A stretch of 64,000 bases of DNA from NCBI GenBank assembly GCA_903831095.1, contig CAIKWD010000026.1:136477-200476 (forward strand), written 5' to 3'. The translations under genes and the position numbers were made by a program. The stretch comes from Candidatus Staskawiczbacteria bacterium. GTDB taxonomy: Bacteria; Patescibacteriota; Minisyncoccia; Minisyncoccales; Staskawiczbacteraceae. Shown here piece after piece: positions 54,735 to 64,000 of this stretch (position 1 is the stretch's first letter; every line of letters begins with the position of its first letter). The notes under the pieces were generated by a model. It was not told where the DNA came from. It saw only the letters and a list, made by a program, of their open reading frames with translations, and did not search any database.

Positions 54735-57410
54735 ATGAGTCAAAAATGTTCAAGATGTGGCGAAGAAACAAGATATAGCGACAATTTCCACTGTCGTCAA
54801 ATTCTTATTGGGAAGTTAAGAAAATTAGGGAATAAAGAAAGAAATGATTTAATTTTACATTCACAAGGTGATGAATCGTGGGAACATTGGAAAAGAGATG
54901 AATTTAGGCAATTATATATTGAAAAGGATATAGAGGCGTCAAGATCTGCATTGGAGGAATATGAAAGAAATGCAAAGAAACAAAAAGAAAAAATTATAGA
55001 AACCTTAGAACCTGCACAGTTGTTATTAGATAACAATGATTTTTTAAAAGCTGACCAGTTTGTTTCAGAATTGGAAAAACATTCTGAGCAGTTAATTGAA
55101 GAATATGAGAAAATAAAATCTAGGTATGTTAAAACATTTTTTAAAAAAACTTTTAAAAAGATAAAGGAATTATCAAACGAACAATTTCTTGCTATTGCTG
55201 ACACAAGTAAGAATTTATTATTAAGAGCGAGAGCTGGTTCTGGCAAAACAACAACTTTATCTTCAAAAATAGCTTATCTTATAAAAGGTGAAAATATAGA
55301 TCAAAACAAAATTGTTGCACTATGTTTTAATACAGTAGCTACAAAGAATATTATTAAAAAACTGGTAGAAGACTTTGATATAAAATATCGGGAGAAGGAG
55401 AATATAGCAACTTTTCATAGTTTAGCTTTTCAAATATCACCACCAAATGAAGGAGTAGAGACCCTATTCGACGATCATAATCTGCAAGGCGAGCAAAAGC
55501 TCACAGCTTTTGTTGAAAAAATATTAGAAAAAAAATGGAACGACCCTTTTACTGATTTAAGAAGTGAAGGCATCCAGAGTAACCCAAACAACATTTTTGG
55601 GTTTATTAAAAAAATCTGGACGAATTTAAAATATGCACAATTCAAAACTGTTGTGTATGCAATTGCAAGAGAAGATAGGCGTTTTGATATTGACGAAGAG
55701 GCTGACAGGCTTAAAAGTAATGGCATACAATTTGGCTCAAGAGAACATTATCTATACAGAAGAATGAATCTTTCTTATATTACATTAGATGGAAAGCACG
55801 TCAAATCATCTGGGGAGAAGTGTATCGCCGATTATTTGTTTGAACATGATATAAAATATAAATATGAGCCTAATTTTCGAATGGGAGAGCACACATACTA
55901 TCCCGATTTTCAACTATACGAAAATAATGTCATTATTGAACACTGGGGCATAGATGAGTTGGACAATAAAAAGAGAGTTCCACAAGAATGGCTAAAAACC
56001 TGGCACGAGTATAAAAATGAAATGAAAGAAAAAAGAGCTTATTGGAAGGCGTATAATAAAAATAGTACGACTTATCGTTTATTAGAAACTAACATAACTC
56101 AATTGAGGGATGGGCGAGAAGCATTCGAAGAAATACTTTCTGAAAAATTACATGACTATGGGGTTCATAATAACAGATTAGATATAGACACAATTATTAA
56201 AGAAATGTCTCATAATCTGAGGAGTGAGTTTTCTAAAAAAATAGTAAGTTATATCCAAAAAGCTAAACAAAATGAGCTTTCTCCTGAAAAGATGAAGCTT
56301 AAAATATTTGAAGCGAAGTATCCTAAATATAGTAAAGTAAATGTTTTTTTAAATTTAGCAAATATAATATATAAGCAATACGAAGTTGATAAAGGGGGAG
56401 AGGAAAAAAAGAAGATAGATTTTTATGACTTTCTGTCTAATGCGGAGAAAAAAATAGATACGACGAAAGGGGAATGCAAACTTAGGTCTGGCGTAAGTAT
56501 TAATGAGATTGAATGGTTGTTAATCGATGAGTTCCAAGACTTTTCCCCACTTTTTCTTGCCCTAATAAAAGTAATCCAGAAATATAATTCGAAAGTAAAA
56601 TTATTTTGTGTTGGGGATAATTGGCAGGCTATAAATTCCTTTGCCGGATCTGACGTTGAACTATTCAACAAATTTAAAGAAGAGTTTCCGATTAAATCGG
56701 CAATAAAAGATTTAACAATTAATAGACGAAGTAATCGTGATATAGTAAATTTTGGAAATAGAATAATGGAGGGGCGAGGTATTGAATCCGATGTAGACCC
56801 TGATAACCGAGAAGGTGGCATTATTAAATGTTTGAATATTAATCAAGATCAAGAATGGTTTGATATTAACAAGGCAAGGGCTGAGTTCGACACAGATGCT
56901 GATGTTGTTTTACTTAGATATTTAGATCGAGCAGTGAATATTGTTGATAAATATTTTGAAAAATTAAAAGAAAGCAATACATTTAAAATACTTTTTCTAA
57001 GTAGAAAATCAAAAGTTAGGCAGATTGGATTAGATGATTTTACTAAAAAAATAGAAATATTTCTTACAAAAAAATATCCCGAAGATAAGAATAAAATTAA
57101 AGTTTTTTTCAATGAGCAGATTGATAAAAATGGAGAGAAATACCGACAAATAGAATCTAAAACAGTGCATCAATCAAAAGGGCTTGAAGCGAATGTGGTA
57201 ATTGTGATAGAGGCAACAAATCGTTGTTTCCCCTTAATACACCCTGACTCTCTATTATTTGAAATATTCGGTGATAAACTAGATAAGATTATAGATGAGG
57301 AACAACGATTATTCTATGTTGCCTGTACTAGAGCGAAGTCACATTTATATTTACTGTATGAGGAGGATTTCGACAAGAAAAAAATATTAACAGCATTTTA
57401 CCCATATTAA
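54735..57410 (+). CDS. UvrD/helicase-IV-like SF1 helicase with N-terminal zinc ribbon and embedded PD-(D/E)xK-like insert
   Basis: Motifs RAGSGKTT, IDEFQD, GDNWQAINSFAGS, NRRS, HQSKGLEANVV and YVACTRA. The insert GEKCIADYLFEHDIKYKYEPNF...YYPDFQLYENNVIIEHWG lies between motifs Ia and II. Confidence 0.85.
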   Translation: MSQKCSRCGEETRYSDNFHCRQILIGKLRKLGNKERNDLILHSQGDESWEHWKRDEFRQLYIEKDIEASRSALEEYERNAKKQKEKIIETLEPAQLLLDNNDFLKADQFVSELEKHSEQLIEEYEKIKSRYVKTFFKKTFKKIKELSNEQFLAIADTSKNLLLRARAGSGKTTTLSSKIAYLIKGENIDQNKIVALCFNTVATKNIIKKLVEDFDIKYREKENIATFHSLAFQISPPNEGVETLFDDHNLQGEQKLTAFVEKILEKKWNDPFTDLRSEGIQSNPNNIFGFIKKIWTNLKYAQFKTVVYAIAREDRRFDIDEEADRLKSNGIQFGSREHYLYRRMNLSYITLDGKHVKSSGEKCIADYLFEHDIKYKYEPNFRMGEHTYYPDFQLYENNVIIEHWGIDELDNKKRVPQEWLKTWHEYKNEMKEKRAYWKAYNKNSTTYRLLETNITQLRDGREAFEEILSEKLHDYGVHNNRLDIDTIIKEMSHNLRSEFSKKIVSYIQKAKQNELSPEKMKLKIFEAKYPKYSKVNVFLNLANIIYKQYEVDKGGEEKKKIDFYDFLSNAEKKIDTTKGECKLRSGVSINEIEWLLIDEFQDFSPLFLALIKVIQKYNSKVKLFCVGDNWQAINSFAGSDVELFNKFKEEFPIKSAIKDLTINRRSNRDIVNFGNRIMEGRGIESDVDPDNREGGIIKCLNINQDQEWFDINKARAEFDTDADVVLLRYLDRAVNIVDKYFEKLKESNTFKILFLSRKSKVRQIGLDDFTKKIEIFLTKKYPEDKNKIKVFFNEQIDKNGEKYRQIESKTVHQSKGLEANVVIVIEATNRCFPLIHPDSLLFEIFGDKLDKIIDEEQRLFYVACTRAKSHLYLLYEEDFDKKKILTAFYPY

Positions 57411-57455
57411 TAAATATATTATAAAATATTTGAAAGTGTTAACCAGAATAAAAAA

Positions 57456-58340
57456 ATGAAAAAGAAAATTCTTTATACTTTAATAGTGATAATAATAGCG
57501 GCAATAATAGCGGTAATTTTTTCTCTAGAGCTGGTTTTGGTTTACATTGGATGGCGTTGGCATGGGATTAGCTTTAGTGCATCGTCAAATACTGTTTCCA
57601 CACAGCAAAATACTGCGGCTGTAGCACCTAAAGTGGATTTGACTGTTTATCCGACATCTACGCTACCTCCAGATTATTCTCCCAGTTTTGTTGACTGGTT
57701 TGTATTTGGAGCTAACAAAATATACGAATTTACTGATCAAGAGGTAAGCGATAAAGTGCCAGAGGGACAGGTGAAAAGTCTTACACTTACTAGCGGTTCG
57801 CCAGACTATATAAAAGTAATGCTAATAAGTACGCTCACGACACAAGACTGGTATGTGATGGAAAACGAGACAGCGAGACTGCTTGTTTCTGATGCCACGA
57901 AACCAATATTGCTTACATTGTTCGATGCAGACAAAAAGTGGATAATAGATATATCCCCAGACCAACAATTCGCAAATATACTCTTTGCGTGGTATATAAT
58001 ACCTGATAATAGATATAAATCAGACAAGTATCCTTTAGCGTTTTGGTTGACATACAACATTGCAAACGCAGACGGATTTACGCAAGTACTTACGCTGTTT
58101 AAAACAGAATCAGATGGATCGTTGCGGGTAATAAAGACATTTGAGGGTAGGAATGGATTTGCATCTCTTGATGGTGATATAATTTGGGTTGGTGAGGCTA
58201 CAACTACAGATCCATCGAATGGAGTTCTAGGGTACGAGAAAACGCATATCACAAAATATTCAGCGTCCACTTTCAAACAAATTTCTGAACAGACAGTGCC
58301 CAATGTGTATTGGAGCGATGCATGGTTAAAGTGGAACTAA
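57456..58340 (+). CDS. Membrane-anchored hypothetical protein
   Basis: 294 aa with an N-terminal TM helix. Confidence 0.55.
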   Translation: MKKKILYTLIVIIIAAIIAVIFSLELVLVYIGWRWHGISFSASSNTVSTQQNTAAVAPKVDLTVYPTSTLPPDYSPSFVDWFVFGANKIYEFTDQEVSDKVPEGQVKSLTLTSGSPDYIKVMLISTLTTQDWYVMENETARLLVSDATKPILLTLFDADKKWIIDISPDQQFANILFAWYIIPDNRYKSDKYPLAFWLTYNIANADGFTQVLTLFKTESDGSLRVIKTFEGRNGFASLDGDIIWVGEATTTDPSNGVLGYEKTHITKYSASTFKQISEQTVPNVYWSDAWLKWN

Positions 58341-58345
58341 TAATT

Positions 58346-59158
58346 ATGAATAAGAAAACCTTTTATATCGGTATAGTTTGTGTAGTGGTTATTTTATGCG
58401 TTACTGCTGGTTTTTTTGTTTATAAAAGTTCAACATCAAAACAAATCAGTATTCATCAAAAATGTCCAGAAGATTATGCCGAAAATGATGCCGGAACAGC
58501 AGAATATGAGAAAGCAATGCTCGATTGGACAAAGAATTACTTAACAATACATTCTGAGCCTACGGCTTCTGTACCGACAGTTTCTGGTTGGGCAGAGGCA
58601 AGAACTAAGCTTTGGTCGGATAATAACTGCACCGTCGCATTACAGAGGTTAAAAATGTCTGGTAAGGTAGCAGATCTTAAACCATATGAACTAATAGATA
58701 ATAAGATACAAACTGTACTAATTAAAACATTAGAAGATACTTTATATACCAGTGAGCTTGGTTTTTCTTTTTATTATCCAAATGACATGTATGTTCAAAA
58801 CGGTTCTGACGGTCCTGACGATAATTATCGCTTATTAATAATTCCTAACTCTTACCAAGATAATGAGGACCAGGACTTAACTGCGATAGTTATTAGCGCA
58901 AGCCTAAATGAGCCACCACAAACGCCATTAGAATGGCTAAGGGGCCCATATTCCGGTGCTGATATGGCGAAAGGGTATTCTAAGCTGGATATAGATGGGC
59001 AAGAAGCAATTTCAATGAATGGAAGGAATTGGGTTACAGTTGATACTCCTGACAATAAATACCAAATAAGTATTGCTACTTTGCCGGGCGAGAATCCTAG
59101 CCAAGGCCTACAGGATGAGATGAGTACTATTGTTAATTCTATTGTTTTTACTAAATAA
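58346..59158 (+). CDS. Membrane-anchored hypothetical protein
   Basis: ATG 58346 (MNKKTFYIGIVCVVVILCV...) is preferred over the upstream start that overlaps the previous gene. Confidence 0.55.
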   Translation: MNKKTFYIGIVCVVVILCVTAGFFVYKSSTSKQISIHQKCPEDYAENDAGTAEYEKAMLDWTKNYLTIHSEPTASVPTVSGWAEARTKLWSDNNCTVALQRLKMSGKVADLKPYELIDNKIQTVLIKTLEDTLYTSELGFSFYYPNDMYVQNGSDGPDDNYRLLIIPNSYQDNEDQDLTAIVISASLNEPPQTPLEWLRGPYSGADMAKGYSKLDIDGQEAISMNGRNWVTVDTPDNKYQISIATLPGENPSQGLQDEMSTIVNSIVFTK

Positions 59159-59168
59159 AAAATAATCA

Positions 59169-59330
59169 ATGGTAGAAATAAAATCACAAGAACTAATTTT
59201 AAAGTGGCAGAGTCTTATTAAGAGGAAATATAATTGGCCGGATGTCACGCTTCAAGAGGCAAAACAATTCGGGGAGGATCTGTGTAACTATTTTGAGGTG
59301 CTTCTTGAACCAGATGGGCAGATAAAATAA
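59169..59330 (+). CDS. Small ORF (53 aa), below the track cutoff
   Basis: Hand-translated as MVEIKSQELILKWQSLIKRKYNWPDVTLQEAKQFGEDLCNYFEVLLEPDGQIK. Starts 10 nt after the previous stop codon. Confidence 0.3.
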   Translation: MVEIKSQELILKWQSLIKRKYNWPDVTLQEAKQFGEDLCNYFEVLLEPDGQIK

Positions 59331-59359
59331 TAAAAATTATAATAGTTTGAAAAGAAAAT

Positions 59360-59998
59360 ATGAGAGTTACATACCATTATGATGAGCCAAAGACTCCGGA
59401 AGAGAAAGAGGAGCAGGAACGAAGAGTATCAGCAGTTTATAAAATTATATTTGATGCGGTATTGGAAGAAAGAAAGCTAGAAGAGAAACTAAAAGATTAT
59501 CCTAATGGTTTTGCTATCATGGATGGTAAAAGTTACAACTGTTGTATCTGCGATATGCATATTAAAGATGAGGAACTCTGGTATGACAAATGGGGAAAGA
59601 AATGTCTTGCATGTCAGGATGCAGTAGGCAGAAATATAATTCCGGGAAGCATTTGTCGCAAACATAAAGATTGGTATATAAATTGGGAGTTTGATTTATA
59701 TTTTAAAATCAAAGCGTCTACGATTAAAAAACTCATCAGGCAAGATATCCTCAAGGTGCGCATTATACCAAAGAATGGATTCGAGGTATTTCTTATCAAA
59801 GATAATGCTGGTGTATTACCAGTGAAAGATATATTAAAGGATGTTTCATTTCCTGTTGAGGGAGATAAAAATGCTATAACTACAATTCCTTGGTATGAGG
59901 CGAAAGATCCAAAGAAAATACTGGGGAAGTATAAGATTTGGCCGTATTCAACCGCTTTGCAAGCGGACAGTAAAAATAATCATCAAAAATGTGTGTAG
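59360..59998 (+). CDS. Hypothetical zinc-ribbon protein
   Basis: 212 aa with CCICD...CLAC. Confidence 0.5.
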   Translation: MRVTYHYDEPKTPEEKEEQERRVSAVYKIIFDAVLEERKLEEKLKDYPNGFAIMDGKSYNCCICDMHIKDEELWYDKWGKKCLACQDAVGRNIIPGSICRKHKDWYINWEFDLYFKIKASTIKKLIRQDILKVRIIPKNGFEVFLIKDNAGVLPVKDILKDVSFPVEGDKNAITTIPWYEAKDPKKILGKYKIWPYSTALQADSKNNHQKCV

Positions 59999-60114
59999 GT
60001 AAGAGCGCCCTCATTTATTTGACTTATTTTAGTAATAGTTGTAGAATATAAGTCAGTTCGATGAGAATATGGGTTTCTCATTTTTGACAATTTACACAGA
60101 AAGAGGGCATAGAA

Positions 60115-60813
60115 ATGAAAAAGACCATAGAAATTAGAACGGCTGACAAAGCCGATCTCGATGGCATCTTGGAGCTGGAAAAAAGGGTTTGGATAGAGAT
60201 CCCAGCATCAAGGAAAATGGTAATGGGAAGGCTGGAGAATTTCCCTGAAGGCAATTTCATTGCCGTAGACAAGGCGTCTGGGAAAATCGTCGGGTACCTC
60301 TGTCTAATGTTTTTGGGGCATGAGCCGTCAGAGCTTCCAAATTCATGGATGGATATCACCGGAGACGGAACGATTCGCACCCACAACCCTGATGGGAAAT
60401 ATATGTATGGGGTAACCTTAACCGTAGACAAGGGGTATGCAGTAGGGATGGAGCTCCAAATCTACGGATGGGCTTTCGGGCTCAAACACCATCGCAAGGG
60501 ATGCTATTTCGGTTCTCCAATCCCAAGGTTCGCCGAGTACCAAAAGAAACATCCGGATATAACGGTTGAGGACTATGTTTTCAGGACGAAAACAAAACGG
60601 GGCGTTCCGTATGATCCTGAATTGGCATACTACCACGGCGCCGGTTTCAAAGCTGTAAGGATCCTGTCAAATTACGAGAAAGATCCGAATAGCTTGGACT
60701 ATGGTGTGTTAGTCTACACCCCAAACATTTTCTATCACTGGCCCTTTCGTTCATTTATCGCCTGGCTGGTGAAGAAGTTTGGATTCAGTCTGCTCAAGGC
60801 GTTAGGGGTTTAG
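60115..60813 (+). CDS. Putative GNAT-like acyltransferase
   Basis: IRTADKADLDGILELEKRVW...FIAVDKASGKIVGYLC. The region is GC-richer than the rest of the window. Confidence 0.5.
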   Translation: MKKTIEIRTADKADLDGILELEKRVWIEIPASRKMVMGRLENFPEGNFIAVDKASGKIVGYLCLMFLGHEPSELPNSWMDITGDGTIRTHNPDGKYMYGVTLTVDKGYAVGMELQIYGWAFGLKHHRKGCYFGSPIPRFAEYQKKHPDITVEDYVFRTKTKRGVPYDPELAYYHGAGFKAVRILSNYEKDPNSLDYGVLVYTPNIFYHWPFRSFIAWLVKKFGFSLLKALGV

Positions 60814-60886
60814 CTTGTTGCTTACCCCTTTTTTTATTACAAAAAAAACCCAGAGAACTCGCTGTTCCGCTGGGTATGGATTTCTC

Positions 60887-61882
60887 TCATCCTAATTCCC
60901 TGCAAGGGCAGGAAAGTTGGCTGAAAAGAGAGATATCAAAGCTGTCACGATATCGGTCAATTGCCCGATTGACTGACTCTGTACATGCTGGGCAGTTGTG
61001 AGGTATATCGATGGGTTTAGGGTCGTCTTCAAAAGTTCCGATTCTTACCGGCCCCAAATGAGCAGTTTGCTTGATAACCTCGATAATCGACCAGAGCTGT
61101 GGCAGTTTGTAGCTACCATTTCGATACTGGCGACACATCTCTGTCCCGTTTTGGATAAAGGCGCAGGAAAGCGACACTTCATCTACTCCCGTTTCAAAAC
61201 AGAATTGAATTGTGCGTACAGCATCCACGATCGCCTCAGATTCGCCAAGCCCCATCGGCTTTAGGAAAACATAGGCAAGAGACTTGGCGCCATGCCCCTT
61301 AAGCGTGGCTATGGCCCGCCGAAAGTTGCCAATATCAATTCCTTTCCTTAGGATTTTGTTGCGTACTCTGTCGTCTCTTGATTCTAGCCCGATCCCTACT
61401 TGAAGAGTTTTTCCTTTAAGCAAATCGCCTAACAGGGCGATATTACTTGAAGTGATAAACTCCGGGCGACTTTCTACAAAAAGTTTCTGAATCGTAGGGT
61501 GCCTACCGATATGTCGGCAGATAGCAATCTGTAGCGAGAGAGGAATCTCTGGCTTTGATCCAAAGACCTCGTGTCCGCTGTTTAAGAAGCTGCCACCATT
61601 ATAGATGGTCAGATTCTGCGGGTTTTGGTCTTTGACGCCAAGATATCCCAACCAGTAAACAAAATGTAATGCACGGGCGCCAAAGTATCTGGCGATCCAT
61701 GCATACTGTTGCTTGCTGGATTTCGGGCAGTTGAACCCGCACATAGTGCATCCGCCAGATCTCAAATACCAGTGACACAGATTCATTGCAGGCAGCAGAA
61801 GGACCCATCGGTTAACCATTTGTTTGATTAACGGGTCAAAAAAGGCACTGGTAGCCGAGAAGCTTTCCCATGGCTTTTTCAT
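60887..61882 (-). CDS. Radical SAM protein of the TIGR01210/archaeosine-synthase-beta (RaSEA)-like type
   Basis: CHWYLRSGGCTMCGF cluster, VGIGLESRDD and PQLWSIIEV. Family recalled from memory. Confidence 0.65.
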   Translation of the reverse strand: MKKPWESFSATSAFFDPLIKQMVNRWVLLLPAMNLCHWYLRSGGCTMCGFNCPKSSKQQYAWIARYFGARALHFVYWLGYLGVKDQNPQNLTIYNGGSFLNSGHEVFGSKPEIPLSLQIAICRHIGRHPTIQKLFVESRPEFITSSNIALLGDLLKGKTLQVGIGLESRDDRVRNKILRKGIDIGNFRRAIATLKGHGAKSLAYVFLKPMGLGESEAIVDAVRTIQFCFETGVDEVSLSCAFIQNGTEMCRQYRNGSYKLPQLWSIIEVIKQTAHLGPVRIGTFEDDPKPIDIPHNCPACTESVNRAIDRYRDSFDISLFSQLSCPCRELG

Positions 61883-62013
61883 ATTAATATCTCCTTGTTT
61901 GAGTTAAGGTGCTAACTATTACTATATCATTTAATTTAATATCTGTCAAAATATTGCGCGGGTTTGGTTGAAACCATAATAAATGATATAATTATTATAA
62001 TTTATGAAAAAAT

Positions 62014-64000
62014 ATGTTTGATGCTAACATCTGGATAATATCAATTATCGTTTTATTCTCTATCTCTCTAGGGTTGGTTGCTTTCTTCAAGAATCCCAGA
62101 AGCAAGACTAACAGAATTTTCTTGCTGTTGATTCTGTTTATGGTTACATGGCAGTTGAGTAATTTTTTAGAGAACGAGAAGATTGGTCAAAATTTAGCTA
62201 AACTTTTTTTGAGGACTGACTTTGCCTCAGCCATGCTGGTTGGTTATTTTTGGTTTCTTTTTGTTTTGAATTTTTCACAAATAAAACGTTTTATCGTAAA
62301 GCCATTTTTAAAGGTTGTAATTTTCCTCGTATCCCTTGCGCTGTCTCTTTTGGCATTCACCAATTTAATTATTTCTAATATTAATTTTAACACAGGAGCA
62401 ATAAGATTTGATGATGGTCGCTTATGGCCCATTTATGCGCTGGTTCTGGTGTTTCTTTTTATCGCAGGTTATGCAATGCTTATTTTAAATTTATTTAAGG
62501 CACACGGCTTGATAAAAATGCAGATACTGTATATCTTTTTGGGTGCCAGCATCTCGTCAATAATTGCCCTCGTAATCAATTTGTTCTTTTCAAACTTTTT
62601 GACTATTGATCAATCAAGAATTGGATTATACGGAACTATTGTCTTTATTATGTGTGCTTTTTATGCAATTATACGCTATCGTTTCATGGACATTAGGATA
62701 GCCGCCAGAAAAACTTTTATTTATACCGTTTCAGCCGTATTTATCTATTTAATATTCTATTCTGTAGCGTGGTTTTATGAAAGATATTTTGGAGGAATTT
62801 TTGCAACCTCTTCTTATCTTTTGGGGTTAATATTGGCGCCTTTGTTTGCGGTAGTTTTTATTTGGCTATATAAATTCATACAAAAAATCGCTAACAAATA
62901 TTTGTTTTTTAGTTTGTATAGCAACCAAGAAACAATTGCTAGATTATCAGATGAGTTAACAAATTCCATTGATTTAAGTAAAATTGTAGATTCTATTGTA
63001 GATAGCATCAAACAGGCGATGCAGTTAGACCGGGCAGGTATTTTATTAATTGATCAAAATGACAATGCAGTTAAATACAAAATAGCAAAAGTTATTGGTT
63101 TTAACGAAAACAATGGTATTAGTTTGGTGCAAGATAATTTTTTAACACGCCACCTAGAGAAAACACAAAGAGTATTAGTCAGAGACGAGATGCAGTTACT
63201 TTCAAGAGACTCAAACAATGCCGAAGAAAGACAGGGGTTTGATCAGCTGGCAGAAAATATGAAACACATTGAGGCGTCATTGTGTTTGCCAATGATAATT
63301 TCAAATAAGCTAATTGGAATGATTGTTTTGGGAAGTAAGATTTCTAATGATGCATATACGAAAGAAGATTTAGATCTTCTAACGACACTGTCAAAACAGG
63401 CAGCCATAGCAGTTGACAACGCCCGTTTGTATAAAGAAGTTCAAGATTTTAATAAAACTCTTAAACAAAAAGTAGACGAGCAGACGAAAGACATACAACA
63501 GGCATACGATGTGGAAAAGCAAGCGCATGAAGAATTGAAAAAGTTAGACCAAAATAAAACCGAGTTTATGCTGGTAACCCAGCATCATCTCCGCACCCCG
63601 TTATCTGTGAACAGGGGGTTTTTGGATCTTTTAAATCAAGGCCAGTTTGGTAAAATACCAGCAAAAATGCAGAAAGTGATTTCAGAACTAATTGAATCCA
63701 CGCAAAAGGAAATAAACGTGGTAAACGAATTGTTGGACGTTTCCAGCTACCAGCTCGGAAAACAGATGATACATTTGGAGCCCGATACAGACATGCCAGC
63801 CTTAATGGATGAAACTTTAAAAGATTTAATTGTTGAGGCAGAAAATAAAGGACTATATCTTAAATTTGAAAAACAAGGTGTTATTCCAAAAATTCCTTGC
63901 GACCGTACAAAAATGAAATTAGCTCTTACAAATGTTATAGACGACTGCGTAAAGTATACCAAGCAAGGAGGCATAGTTGTAACCTTAAAAACACAAAATG
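62014..64000 (+). CDS. Sensor histidine kinase (polytopic N-terminus, GAF, HisKA; 3' partial at window end)
   Basis: Hand-read ORF from ATG 62014, open to the window end. About 7 hydrophobic segments, a GAF-like region (LCLPMIISNKLIGMIVLGSK) and H-box FMLVTQHHLRTPLS. Absent from the track because no stop codon falls in the window. Confidence 0.8.
   Translation, partial: MFDANIWIISIIVLFSISLGLVAFFKNPRSKTNRIFLLLILFMVTWQLSNFLENEKIGQNLAKLFLRTDFASAMLVGYFWFLFVLNFSQIKRFIVKPFLKVVIFLVSLALSLLAFTNLIISNINFNTGAIRFDDGRLWPIYALVLVFLFIAGYAMLILNLFKAHGLIKMQILYIFLGASISSIIALVINLFFSNFLTIDQSRIGLYGTIVFIMCAFYAIIRYRFMDIRIAARKTFIYTVSAVFIYLIFYSVAWFYERYFGGIFATSSYLLGLILAPLFAVVFIWLYKFIQKIANKYLFFSLYSNQETIARLSDELTNSIDLSKIVDSIVDSIKQAMQLDRAGILLIDQNDNAVKYKIAKVIGFNENNGISLVQDNFLTRHLEKTQRVLVRDEMQLLSRDSNNAEERQGFDQLAENMKHIEASLCLPMIISNKLIGMIVLGSKISNDAYTKEDLDLLTTLSKQAAIAVDNARLYKEVQDFNKTLKQKVDEQTKDIQQAYDVEKQAHEELKKLDQNKTEFMLVTQHHLRTPLSVNRGFLDLLNQGQFGKIPAKMQKVISELIESTQKEINVVNELLDVSSYQLGKQMIHLEPDTDMPALMDETLKDLIVEAENKGLYLKFEKQGVIPKIPCDRTKMKLALTNVIDDCVKYTKQGGIVVTLKTQN

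Larger units (their letters stand above)
38567..60050. mobile_element. Putative ~21-kb integrated island at tRNA-Leu (right boundary uncertain)
   Basis: Serine recombinase abuts and overlaps the tRNA 3' end, with a RepA-like ATPase nearby. Sampled lines are AT-richer (about 32% GC versus about 40% core). Housekeeping genes are absent until after 60 kb. Confidence 0.45.

Noticed and set aside
59169-59330. Possible homology between the 53-aa ORF here and the 73-aa ORF at 48796-49017 (a shared ...L(S/T).EE...F...L pattern).
   Set aside because: The similarity is limited to a few residues in short helical peptides. That is too weak to claim without a profile comparison.
1-64000. An alternative genetic code (UGA recoding, as in some CPR lineages), a diversity-generating retroelement or a retron.
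   Set aside because: Well-supported genes terminate at TGA (for example yraN at 7399-7401) and have normal lengths under code 11. No reverse-transcriptase-like ORF is present in any frame.

Overview
The window looks like a low-GC, gene-dense, tRNA-rich bacterial genome using the standard genetic code (genes end in TGA, TAA and TAG). The compact housekeeping proteins (IF-2 without its N-terminal region, DUF4446- and DUF5671-like proteins, many orphan secreted proteins) suggest a Candidate Phyla Radiation / Patescibacteria organism. That placement is inference, not a database result. About 60% of the window is ordinary core: dprA, comM, yraN, nusA, H+-PPase, glnA, tig, clpP, rny, pyk, an ABC exporter, htrA, a ROK kinase, truB, dus, infB, rbfA and 8 tRNAs. 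Three accessory regions stand out. (1) Roughly 38.6-60.0 kb is a visibly AT-richer island at tRNA-Leu(UAA). It starts with a large serine recombinase whose ORF ends inside the tRNA. A leftward module holds a RepA-like ATPase and secreted proteins. A rightward, promoter-driven array encodes a wHTH protein, a GHKL ATPase, a DnaA-domain-IV/sigma4-HTH/HNH fusion, a 1003-aa RelA/SpoT-domain protein, a TSP1-like-repeat trypsin protease and a UvrD-like helicase with an embedded nuclease-like insert. I consider 44.6-52.6 kb the best candidate for an undescribed defence-type system. (2) The 3.7-7.0 kb islet between comM and yraN carries about 15 copies of a CGCTTAAGCG palindrome and twin operator-like inverted repeats around an excisionase-family HTH gene. 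(3) Several small selfish or structured elements are present. A roughly 80-135 nt palindromic repeat lies in-frame inside truB and at the 5' ends of nusA and rny. A GIY-YIG cassette is flanked by a 15-bp duplication of the tRNA-Ser 5' end. Two diverged, covarying copies of a roughly 140-nt structured RNA motif sit 40 kb apart. A GNRA-hairpin-rich leader precedes the TSP1-protease gene. No CRISPR array, rRNA or reverse transcriptase was seen. All family calls come from motif recognition by eye, since no searches could be run.
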